A stretch of DNA of 64,000 nt from Azolla caroliniana (lineage: Eukaryota; Plantae; Polypodiophyta). Below, piece by piece: positions 26,203-38,100 of this stretch (position 1 is the first letter of the stretch; each line of letters begins with the position of its first letter). The translations under genes were made by a program, and so were the position numbers. Location of the stretch: assembly GCA_043228905.1 (NCBI GenBank), contig JBHGNT010000001.1, positions 23,746,001 through 23,810,000 on the forward strand. Direction: 5' to 3'. A model generated the notes under the pieces. It was not told where the DNA came from and searched no databases. It saw only the letters and a list, made by a program, of their open reading frames with translations.

Positions 26203-28320
26203 TGTAACCGAGCTAGTACAACAACCTGCTCACTCCTTGCTCCCATATCGGGAATTCCTTGTGTGTGTCATAGACATATGCCATGGAGGAAGGTGGGGAT
26301 TGAACCCAAGACCTCATGGTCTCTATTGGGGCAACCCTACCAAATCCAACTTCATGTAGTGTAGATGGAACATTGGAAGTTCCTAGCTTGCATGCATCTT
26401 CATTTCTAGCTTGCACACATTCTCATGCATTCTCTATTTCTAGCTATCTTACATAGCCTTACCTTCTTGTATAAATACTCAGGTGCACCTTGATTCACAG
26501 ACCAACAGGTAGAGGAAAGGGCCGAGCGCATATAAACACCATCATTGTATCAACAATCCGAGAAAATGAGCGATCGCGTACCAACGCCACCACTGAACCA
26601 GAAGTCAGAAAAAGAAGAGGATCAGACACTGACACCACCCCCAATAGTGCCCTTCGCCGACGACACCATGCCATACCCAAACCCGAAGTACCGAGACAAA
26701 TCGGATGCAGAAGTGCACGTCTATGCTTTTCTACAAACATGGGAAGCGAACCATATCTCGCACCAGTTGACAGAAGTAGAGTTCGAACGATCCAAGATAG
26801 CAGAATTCGGGATGACATTGTAGGGACTAGCAGCAAAGTGGCACAAAAAGCACCTTCCCAGAAGCTTCACCACATTTGAAGCTTTGCAGGATAAATTCTT
26901 GCGGTTGTTTCACCGAAAGCTGGAGCAAAGAGAGCTAGTCGGCCAATTCTATACGGTCTACCAGGAATCCAATGAGACAGTCCCGCAATTCGTGATCCAT
27001 TTCCAGACACTGCACAATGAACTGACAAGGGCACCTCCGGAAGGTGAGGCGAAAACGATCTTTCTGGACGCACTCCGGGAACGATGGAGCAAGGAGAATC
27101 AAGCCAAAGTGCGGCTTGTTCCGCAACCAGAGCAACAGAGGCTGGAAGAAACAATAGAGCAAGCTGGGAACGATGGAGGAAGGAGAATCAAGTAATAACC
27201 AAAGGGTTTATTGCTACTAATGCCGAAAGGAAGGACATTATTGTAATCAGTGCCTGGCCAAGACCAACGAAAAGTAGCCGGCGGTGAATATGGTAACCAC
27301 AGAGGTGACCGATGTTCAACAAGTCACCACAAGAGCTAAAGGGAAAACTACCGAGTGGGAGACTCAAGAGGCCATCCGAAACCAGGCTGTCGAATGGATA
27401 CAGAAGGCCAATGAACGAAACACGGCAGAGCTGCGACGACAACTCAAACCTCCGGGAGCGCCAATAGAGACCACAAACGATGACTCGACCTAGTAGGTGT
27501 TACAAGAATGTCACATCATGCTGCCAATACGTTGCTTATTACAGTTAGTCCCTCAATTTACGGAAGGACTCAAATTGGTGATAGCGCCACAAAACTCGGA
27601 CTCGATACCGGGCTTCTTCTCCAACCTAGAGAAAGGATCGTTGATAGTGAACACCAACAGTCTAGTCATAAAGGCTATCAAAGGAAAAGAAATAATTGGA
27701 ACAATTGTGGATGGAGGTTCTAGAGTAAACGTGATAAGCCAATGAACCTACAACAACCTGGGTATCACAGAATGGGAACCGTGCCCGTTCTGGCTGCATG
27801 TGGTGGATACCAGTTCAGTTCGGCCCATCAGACTCATCTGGAACTTGGAGATTACAATCGATGGGCATGCTTTCCTGATATCCACGGTAGTCCTACAACT
27901 CAACGCGTAGGGAACATATTATTTCCTGTTGTTAGGGATACCATGGCTAAGGACAACACATATAAAGTAAAATTGGTAGAGGAACGTCATTACCAACCCA
28001 ACCACATGCGAGTACCAATAAGGAGCTAACATCGCTTTATGCAGCGAGCATAAACATGTTGGACGGATTAACGGACGACGACGTCGATTAGTACCTAGAT
28101 GAACACCTGAAGATAGTTTCGTTATTTGAAGTAAATATCGCTGAAGTCGTCACACCGTACGTCGTGCACTTAGTGGAAGTCTTTGAGGAGCTGGATCGAC
28201 AGGCGATCCGTGAACTACGACAAGCACATGAATCGTTGGAATGAGAAATGACAGTATCTCAACGAGTGAAGGCATCTCAGCTAGAAGAGGTGGACCTTGG
28301 GACTAAGGACGCACCAAAAG
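26203..28320 (+). mobile_element. Gypsy-type relic: partial LTR, gag, zinc knuckle, aspartic protease
   Basis: LTR start TGTAACCG at 26203 with TATAAAT near 26471, homologous to 63820-64000 (reverse). Gag YAFLQTWEAN...TTFEALQDKFLRLF, zinc knuckle CY*CRKEGHYCNQC (~27211) and protease TIVDGGSRVNVI (~27700). Confidence 0.8.
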
Positions 28321-28854
28321 CAATGACTATTTATTATGAGGGAAATAAGCCTAAAAAATGGAAAAAAAACATTAAAAAATGGGGAAAAACAGAAGAATGT
28401 TTTAATAACATTTGCATTCATTTTCCAACATAGGAAAACGAATGTTATGCTAGACGAACACGAATTTTACGTACTATGGGACTATCCATGCTTCTAACAT
28501 GCACAAAACCATGGGTTTGGACCCATGGTTTTTGGGCACACGGTTTTTCTTGTGGCATGCACAAAACCATGGGCTTGGAAGCATGGTTTTGTGGACACGG
28601 TTTTGTATGGTTGTTTCCTATGCATTTTGAATATGAAAAGAAATATGTAATTATATTTAAAGTACTTCGTAGTAGCCTTCGTGGTAAAATAAATGTCTTC
28701 TATCTTGGAGGTGCAAGATTCAAATCTTGCTTGCGCCCCTCTATGTGCACTTGAATGCCACTAGACCCTAGGCTAATTTTCATATTTATAATCATTTGTG
28801 TAATGTGCGTGGAACCACACTATTTCACAAATTCTCCCATTGGACACGCAACAT

Positions 28855-31800
28855 CATGACACTAAGACTCATCGGTCAATTGCCGAGTATACATACATGG
28901 GTCGGAGTCAGATAAGAGATATCCAAGCTGCTTGATGTAGGAATTGAACTTCTGTTACCACATCCTCAGTGCCATATGAGGTGACTTTCCTCCCCCGTCT
29001 CCGTGAAGCCTGTCGATTGAGACATGTAAATGTCTTCTTCTAGATCTCCGTGTAGGAAAACCATCTTAACGTCTAGTTGCTCAAGCTCTAGGCCCTCTGT
29101 CGCCACGACCCCGACGGGGAGCCGAACGGTGGTCTCTTGACTATTGGAGAGAATATCTTGTTGTAGTCGACCACGTGTTCTTGTTTCAATCCCTTTGCAA
29201 CAAGCCGAACTTTGTACTTGGGCTTCTCTGAGTCAGATACATATTTGTATCTGAATACCCATTCACAGGGCAACGGTTTCCTTCCTGTTGGTAGTTCGAC
29301 CTGCTCCCATGTCTGATTTTGATGAATCGAATCTATCTTAGATCTCATTGCTTGTAGCTCTGTATCAGCGTCAGGTTCTTCGTATGTTCTTGGTTCACCT
29401 ACATCCGTGTAGTTTACGTAGTTGAGGCCCGATTGGAAAACTTTGTTGGCCTTCGATTACGTCCAGATCTCTTGCATGCCGTATTGATCGACTCGAATCC
29501 TTCGATCAGCTTTGTCGGTCTATCGGCATTTGTTGAACCACTTATATCAAGAGTCTTGTTGGATGACTTGCCCCTATGATAGGATTTCAATGATTTCTCA
29601 TCACCCTTCCCTTGTTCGGGATTGATTGACTACGAGGTAGGAGACTTAGCCGACTCAGGTTTGTTTTTCTCTTTGGCCTTGGGTGTTTCAGTCGGGTTGA
29701 CTCTGTCAATACCGACTCGCACCTTGTCGACTTTGCCTTTTTTTACTCTTGTGAATGCGGCTTTGTCTTCGAGTTCAACTAGTTGTCGAATCTCCAATTC
29801 GGCTCGGTGGGACGGTCCTTCTACGACATCTTTGTTGATTTTGAAGGATACTTTTTTACCAACTATTTTCCGTTGGTTTTGCTCAGGGAGGATAGAGTCT
29901 TCATTGAAGACTACATCACTACTCCGGATCAATTTCCGATTCTCTGGGTCCTATACTTTGTAGCCAAATTCCCCATCGGTTCCATAACCGAGAAATATGC
30001 ATTTCGTTGCATTGGGTGCCAACATAGTCCTTTTCTCCCTTGGGATAAATGTGTAGGCTTTGCACCCGAATATATAGAGCATGTCATAGGTCAGTTGTTT
30101 GCCTGACCATAGTGTCTGTGGTATTTTGAGCCTTATTGCTTTCGACGGAGATAGGTTGATTATATATATTGTCGTCTGAAATGCTTTGGCCCAAAACTCC
30201 AGCTTTAGTTCGGCTTGCTAGAGCATTGCCGTCACCCTCTCTTTGATCATTCGGTTGATCCGTTCTGCCACTCCATTCTGCATGGGTGTGTATGGAACAA
30301 TCTTTTGATGTTGGATCCCTTTGTTGGACATGTACTGTTTGAAGGCTCGGGAGGTGTACTCACCTATGTTGTCGGATTGGAGTGACTTAACTCTGTATCC
30401 TGATCGGTTCTCCAGTTCAGCTATCCATTGAGTGAAGCACTCGAGCGCTTCATCTTTCGACCTAATCGAATAGGCCCATACTTTCCGTGTACAGTCATCG
30501 AAAAATGTGATGAAGTACTAGGAGCCACCTAATGATCGTTCAAGCATGGGCCCACCACATATATCTGTGTGCATGAGCTTTAGGGGTTGCCGTACCGTCT
30601 CGTAGTGGAGAGAGTGCGGATTTCAGGTATGTTTCCCGTATCAACAATGCTCATAGAAGTCCGTCTTTGTTTGGAGTTTTGGGATGTAGCCAACCACCAT
30701 TAATGCATCTAGGCCAACTTGCGACATATGGCCGAGTCGGCAATGCCATAGGTTCAAGTCAGTCTTTTCGGCTACACTCACAACCCCTTCTAGATTGATC
30801 GACATCATTGGATACAATTTGTTGTACGTGCGTCAGCTTCCTATTTTCAGGTTTCCATGGTTGATCATCCATGTCGTCTCATTAAGAGTCGTTCGGTACC
30901 CGTCTTCAACTAACATGCCGATGGAGACCAGACTCCCTTTCAGTGCGGGTACATGCCGAACTTGGTGCAGGACTATCTTATTGCCATTTGGCAACTAAAT
31001 TGGTACATTGCCGACCCCGGCGATTTTGCATTCTGGCCATTGCCTAGTCGGACTATGCCTCTGGCTCCGGCCAAATAGTTTGAAAACCATTCGATGTTAG
31101 GGGTCACGTTGAATGTGGCACCGGAATCCAATAACCACATGTGTGCATCTTGTGCACTGTTGAGGATTTCTCCGATCATAGAGTCCTCTAAGGAGACAAT
31201 TTCTCCTGACTCGGTTGAGTGGTGGGCTTCTGCCGACTTGTCGATGGTGAGTCCCATCGAATTTTGCCAAATATCCTTAGTGAGGACTTAGTCGACTATT
31301 TCCTCTAGATTTAGGTTTGATCGCCTATTGTCAAATGTCGTGCAAAATACCTCCCAACTCGTCGGCAAGCTTGATAGGAGGGCAAGGGCTTTAACTTCTT
31401 CTTCGAAGTTAATCCCTTGGGAGGAGAGTTCCGACAACACCTGGCTAAAGGTGTTGATGTGGGAGGTTGTTGGGTCCGACTCTTTCATCTTTATATTGAA
31501 TATTTTTCTGATCAGTATCAATTTCAAAGATGAGAACTTCTTTTCGTACACAACCTAAAACTTCTCCCATAATGATAATGTTGTCGTCTCCATGACCATC
31601 CTGAAATAGACGTTACGGCCAAATGCATTCAGATGGTGGAGCGCGCGATTTCATCTATTGATCTCCACTCGGCAGTCATCGAAGCAGGTTTTTCACTGTG
31701 TTGAATGGCTTTGACTTGTCTTCTGATGATCAGCACATCATGCATCATCTCTTTCCACAAGGCAAACTTTTTGCCATTGAACTTTTGGATTTCAACTCCT

Positions 31801-32100
31801 ATACCGGATGTTGAAGCCATGTTCTTTTTTAGAATGAGATTTTATTGACCTGGTCTTTTCTTTAAGCCGGATAGCTTCTCCTCTTTTTTGTTATTCATCG
31901 TTGCTAAATAACAAGTCACTCTGATACCAATTTTGGGCAGATATGCGTGGAAGAGTGTGAGGACATGTCGATTATGTATACATCAAACAACACAAAGAGT
32001 ATGATAGAAGAAGTGATGGAAACATAGACACAGTTCAGGCTCTAATGGAAGCTCTCGTTATTCTATAACTCTACACTCAAAGACTCATGATACAAGATCG
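28855..32100 (-). mobile_element. Truncated Tnt1-like copia element (partial 5' LTR, PBS, gag, PR, INT, N-terminal RT)
   Basis: PBS complement CACTCTGATACCA at ~31917-31929. Gag MASTSGIGVEIQKFNGKKFALWK from 31820. Protease WLLDSGATFNVT, integrase FFDDCTRKVW / PYTPMQNGVAE, and RT NQTWEQVELPTGRKPLPCEWVF...KVRLVAKG...QLDVKMVFLHGDLEEDIYM. Confidence 0.9.
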
Positions 32101-32324
32101 ATCAAGTGTCTTTTTTTTATAACTTTAGGTTATCGCTAATATATTAAATCACATGTACCAAACAATTCTCGATGTTAAACGAGAAATTTGTGTTCTAAAA
32201 TAATCTGAGAATTTAAAATTAAATGGATGTATAAATCTATAAGAGATGCCACATGGGAACAAGAAAATACTCTTAAAACTAATTTCCCTAACTTATTATT
32301 TTCATTGCAAGAGTGCAATGTTTT

Positions 32325-32798
32325 AAAGAGGGGGAATATGTTACGGGCATGACCATATAATATCCCATGGTAAGATTGTACTGTAGTATTCTATACACGT
32401 GGATAAAGTGTGAGGGTTAAACGAGAGTGTAAAGAAAGGAAGGATTACTTTAAAAATCCTTGGGATTGAGACAACCCATTAAGGCCAAGTGTGAACTTGC
32501 TTGGGGCCTTAGGTCTGGCTATAAATATGAGGCCTACCTACCCTCATTTGACACATTATCGACTATGTCGAGACTCTGTCCTCGTGGTGATTAAACTCTT
32601 GTAAGCGAGCGCGCTAGTACCAGGTACGACTCGACGCCACGACGGTGGTATGGGACAATGATCTAGGCTCGAGTTCATCTCTATCCCTTCGCTCAGGGAT
32701 GGTCAGGTGGATGGGCACCCTTCTTTCTCTCTGTCCTTTCTTTTCTATCTATCTATTATATCCTTATCATATGTTTACATTAGGATCTAGCTTTAACA
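32325..32798 (+). mobile_element. PPT plus 3' LTR of the family seen at 2854-3329
   Basis: AAAGAGGGGGAATA, then TGTTACGG(32339)...TTAACA(32798). Shares TATAAATATGAGGC...CTACCCTCAT and the GCTC(A/G)GGG..TGGTC(A/G)GGTGGA block with the LTR at 2854-3329. Confidence 0.75.
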
Positions 32799-32799
32799 A

Positions 32800-34600
32800 T
32801 TAGGAATTGTTGATCCATTACAATAGTCCAAAATTTTGTTTCCGAATTTGATGATTATGGGATTGTTATCAAGATTAGAACCATGAAAACAATTATTGTT
32901 ATACGAATTGTCCCAAAACTAGTGGAGATTGGAAGCCCAGTTTTCAATGGAGTTTTATGGAAGACGACAAGTTGGCTATTTCCACAAAATGGGGACATAT
33001 GGTGTGAAGGCATACTCGATGTGCAAGGGCAGAATTAGATGGAGGACCAACACATTCTATAGGTCTGTGGACGATATTTCAGACCAAAGCATGATAATGC
33101 TTAATAATATAAGGGGTGGAAAGACAATGTATTCTATGATACAAACCACCCTTTCTAATATCTAGATGCAATTTATCTTCTACATAAAAGTGGATGGGTT
33201 TATTTACTCCATTGGATGTTTTGATTGGAGTAAAAGCCTATATTGGGGAAGAAGCTTTTATAATCTTTGATGTACAAGATGGTAGTAGGTTAACTTTCAC
33301 ATATATGGAAACTAATTTGTTTAGTTTTTGTTTACATAAAGAAGCGAGGGCAATCGCAAATGATGGATCAAATTGGGTCTTAGATCTGGATCCCCAAAAG
33401 GTGAATTCTTTTTGGAGGATTTGGATTATGGAAATGAGACCAATATCTCGATTAACTTGGGATCCTTGAGAGTTGTATTGGAAAGTGTGAGTTCAAGCTC
33501 AAATAATTGGATATAGATTGTGCATAATCTTAGAAGTTTTTTGGATAATGTAAAAGGTAATATGCAATAGGCAGAGCTCAAACAATTGGAGTTTCATGCC
33601 ATCTAGGACAAAGGAATATTTTATAGACGGATTTTTGATAAGGTGGAGTGCGCTTGTCCAAGTCAAATACAATCTATAGATCCTTTACGATGTCGGGAAG
33701 TTGCTTAATGTAAGGTCTCTCAATGCAACGCATAAGATCATGGGAGTGTTAAGCCGACGGCTAGAATTTAGAAAGGGGCTCATTACCGAAAGGTACATCT
33801 TTTATGTATAGCCTTAGGGCATTTATTAATACTAATGTAGTATCTTTTTTGGAAAACAAAGTATAATGCGCGACTAGAATATCATTATTAGTTGTTCCTC
33901 ATTTCTTGATTGAATCTCCAACCCAAAAAAAAAAGCACCTTTGAAAACAAAAGTGGTAGGGCTAGGAAGCCACCTAACAATACGAAAGTGCATGAATTAA
34001 GGTCCGGCCTCTCCTCATTACGAAGAACTAGTAGATTCATGTAGCTTGCTGGCCAATTGAAGTGGTAGCTTGCCTAAGGTGGGTTCCTATCCTTACAAGG
34101 GGTCTTCTGAGTGGTTCTTCGGACATTGTTATCCCTAATCTACGGATAACGTTGTTGAGCGAACACTGGACGTTGACATTTATAGGAAGGTATTACTTTG
34201 GGTGATCGTCAACAAAGATTTGCTAATAGGCCTTCGGGCAAGTAGAAATGTGTATGTCAATAAGGCCTTCAAAGCAAGTAGGATCCTCAAAGACTTCAAC
34301 ATCCGAACCAATACTTTGGCATGATTCAACAATAGATCATAGCTAGAGATATCAATTGTAATAAGGAAAATATTTAGCTTCGAACATATGCTTGAATAGA
34401 AATCGTGATTGACTAAAATATATCAATTGAGTAAGGTGACTCGAAACCCGAATAGGAAGGAATGCATGACGATGCACAATGCAAAGTGTTAATGGGTAAG
34501 GAAAACGTGTGGTAGGCAATTGCTTGTCGTAGCGTAGGCATGATGTTGAATTGAAAAAATAAAACAATAATGGCTGAGCTTAGAGAGGACTCGAGAGATG
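32800..34600 (+). mobile_element. Probable highly decayed LINE (L1-like) ORF2 3' relic
   Basis: Trp-rich broken ORFs. RKVLLWVIVNKDLLIGLRA (~34184-34240) resembles the zf-RVT KxFLWxxxxxxL motif. No RT core is visible. Confidence 0.3.
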
Positions 34601-34917
34601 AACGAGTGGATAAATCTCAAGGTTCGAAGCTAGAGATTGCGACTAATCATCCGAGACACGAAGTGGTGACGTGATCGACTGATACACATTTAGTTGTGTG
34701 ATGATCTGAATCCCTCGGCACAGGGGTGACTTTAACTCTCGTGTGTGAAATATGTGTTGCTATATAACCCCCACCACCACCACCACCCGAAGAGATGGAC
34801 TACTTGGCTTGGCTTAGTGGGTGTGTGAGTCACTCACTTGACTACTTACTACTCACTATGTACTTTCTTGTAGTTGTGACTAAGAAGAAGGGAAGGGTGT
34901 GAAAGGAGGAGGCCTTA

Positions 34918-35006
34918 GTGATGATGATGATGATGATGATGATGAGATTAGGCTCTCTCTCTGTCTCTCAAAGAAGAAGAAGAAGAAGAAGAAGAAGAAG
35001 AAGAAA
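34918..35006 (+). repeat. (GAT)n and (GAA)n microsatellites upstream of the ABCD2-like ATG
   Basis: About 8 ATG repeats and about 11 AGA repeats, read directly. Confidence 0.9.
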
Positions 35007-35105
35007 AGCATTGTCTTTCTTTCTTTCATGAGTTCACTGGAACTTCCTGAGGGGGCGAAGTAAAAGGAAGAAGACGACCCCCCCCCCCACCCACCCACCC
35101 TACCT

Positions 35106-38100
35106 ATGGAGGCTTCCAAATTCGCAGTACTTGGAGTTCACCCTGCTCTTCAAGGAACCCCCTTCGCACGCCCTTTTCCTTTTCCTTGTTTTCTTCTGTT
35201 TTCTGATCATCGCCATCGCCATCGCCATCGCCATCGTCCTCATCATTACCTTCATCACCACCATCACGATCAGTGTCATCTTTGTGGGCGTTCTAAAGGT
35301 CATATAAGATGTATCCCCAAGGATAATACTTCTTCATCAACAACAACAGCGAAATCATCACCCATCACTGAATCTAACATTTTGGGCACTATATCTCCTC
35401 CTCCTCCTCCCCCTTCGTCTTTATCTTCTTCTCAAGATGAGATTCCTCCCTCTCAAGAAAAGGTGCCTACTTTTAAATGCTTTCATTACCCTCTCTCTTT
35501 TTTTTTATCTTTTGATCACCCCATGTGTTTATTAGGATTAAGTAAACTTAAGTAACGAATGGTTATGAAAATGTTAGAAAAGAAGATATCTTTATTGCTG
35601 AGAAACCAGCATTCAAACTCTTCCATTTACTAGCCTTGTATTTTAGTTTGTTGTGTCTAAATGTACATTAGGATCAACGGATCTAATGGCTCAATAAAAA
35701 ATCTTCTGTCAGGTGGATTTGTATTCAATTATCTATGTGTTTGTTGTGAGATTAATTGAACATTAGGATTAAACTTTACTAACATCCACATTCAAAATCT
35801 TCCTCTTTGCCTTTATAGAGCTGCTCTTACAATCGGTTCCTTCTTTCTAAGAAGTCTTCTGATTGTGGATATATGCAATAGCATGTTAGTCCACTTGTGT
35901 TGAATGTCATTGACCAATACCTTTTTAACAAATGAGTGATACATGGGATTAAGACACAAAATCTGCATGCTTATGTCAACTGCTGATTACACATTTTGAA
36001 GACGACATAGGGCTCTCTTCGCTATAAATGTAATGAAGTCAGAATGTAAATGTGATATATGCATCCTGCGCGGCCTACAACACTCTGTGACATGCAATAC
36101 CGGTGTCTCTATCAATGAACGTGTGTAGAGGTTCCAATATCGTGCCTCTTTGTATGCATGGTGTGCAGTTCTTTTCTACTGGTGCCTCTTTGTATGCATG
36201 ACCTCTCCTCGTGCCTTATCTATGTGAAGGTTTTTGTAGAGCTGGCTACACGCTTAGTCCCGCAATCTATTCTAAGGGGATGTCCTTGGTGTAGATGTGC
36301 ATCCTCTAGATGTATGGTGCAGAAAACTATAGGCTTCTCTGTAAGTTTGCAGGTGAGTATTGTAAAAAGATTGCAGGGATCCATCTTTACTATCTAGTAG
36401 TTCCCAACGTATGTGGTGCTCATATACATCAGGTAAATTATAAGCTGTAGTATTACTGGAATTACTGGCAGTGAGGGATGTGTGTATAGGCTGTATATAG
36501 TGAGCCTTTAGCTCTCTCTGGGGTCTATCATGGAAGCTGCCATGTCTTTGTCCAAAAATTGATTTTTCATACTGCATTTTCTTCATCATACTCAAAATTG
36601 TAATGTCTCAAGGTGTAGTCTACCTAAAAAATAGGCCAGTTGTTGGAAATTGGGATGTCACTCCCCCTGTTGTTTGAGTGATGTAAATAACTAAGAGAGT
36701 GTAAGTTTTGAGGGGGGAGAGAAGTGTGTGTGTGCGTGTGTAAGAGAGAGAGAAGAGAGATACAGGCAATCTTTGGTTTCGATGTCACTTTCCTTTTCCC
36801 TCTTATCTTGTGCTAAACAGAGAGCTGGATCAGATATACAAACAATCCTCAAGAGATTCTGGAAAGTAGCGGCTCCCTATTGGAGTTCTGATGACAAAGA
36901 TCAAGCCAGATTGAGACTGGGTGGTGTGTTTGCCTTGACACTTGCAACAACCGGGATCAGTGTTGGCTTCAATTTCTTAGGAAGAGATTTTTACAATGCC
37001 CTTGCCAGTAAGTTATGAGTTATGGACTTCAAACATTCCATCATTTATTTTGGTGCATGGATGCTATACTTTTTGTAAATACAATCATTAAATGATGCGT
37101 TTTTAAGCTATATGATTTGTTATTTTATTATTAGGCAAGGATCAGGAGCAATTTACTAAACAATTACTGTATTATTTGGGTGCATTTGTTGGAGGCATTC
37201 CGGTGAGCTTAATACTGCACTCTTTTAGGTACTTTTCTGTACACTTCTAATTTGGAAAGAAATCATTCTTGATACGAGACCATCCTTTTGCATGATTTCA
37301 TTCATATAACCTTGAAATTTTGGCAGTTTTTTGTGCTGAGGGATTATGGTCGAGATACTCTTGCTCTACGGTGGCGTGCCTGGATGACCAATTATTATAT
37401 GGAACGATATTTTGATAAGCAGACATTTTATCAGATCCAGTCCCAGTCACTCATTGACAATCCAGATCAACGCATTGTTGATGATTTGAACTCTTTTACA
37501 GGAACTGCACTCTCGTTTGCCTTAGCCTTATTCAATGCGACCATTGATCTCGTATCATTTAGTGGAATATTATTTGGAATCTATCCTCCACTGTTTCTCG
37601 TGCTTATTGTATATGCAATTGGTGGCACAGCTATCAGTGTTGCATTAGGCAAGGTAATGGTTTTTCATTTTTTGCTTTTGTTGTACATTGCTATATTATG
37701 TGTTCAAATGTAAAAAGGTATATTGGTATGTACATGCACAAAGGGCGTGAATCTACACATGTTAGTGTGTGATGTGGAGGTTTCCCATTCATTGGACATC
37801 AAGGGTTAATGTCATGCTCCATTTTTCAGACCCAATCTTAAACAATTTGATTCTATGATTGTAGTAAACAAATGACACCAATAGCATGTGACTCATAGTT
37901 AATTTGTTTTTGTAAAAAATGTGTCCATGTACAACATTTTTTGCTCTCAACTTGTCATTTATGATGTGTGCATACCTTTACATTTTCTTCTTCTTTCTCA
38001 TAGGGAAGTGCTTAAACAATGTCTAATTCAAACATTTAAAGTAGACTCTAGCTGGGCATTACTTCTTTGGCAGATATAGTGTTGCATAGCATAGACATGG

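Noticed and set aside
2854-32798. One giant LTR element that captured CPN10
   Set aside because: The two LTRs share only blocks of similarity, the flanks (CTCGG vs ATTAG) do not form a TSD, and CPN10 looks like an intact host gene.
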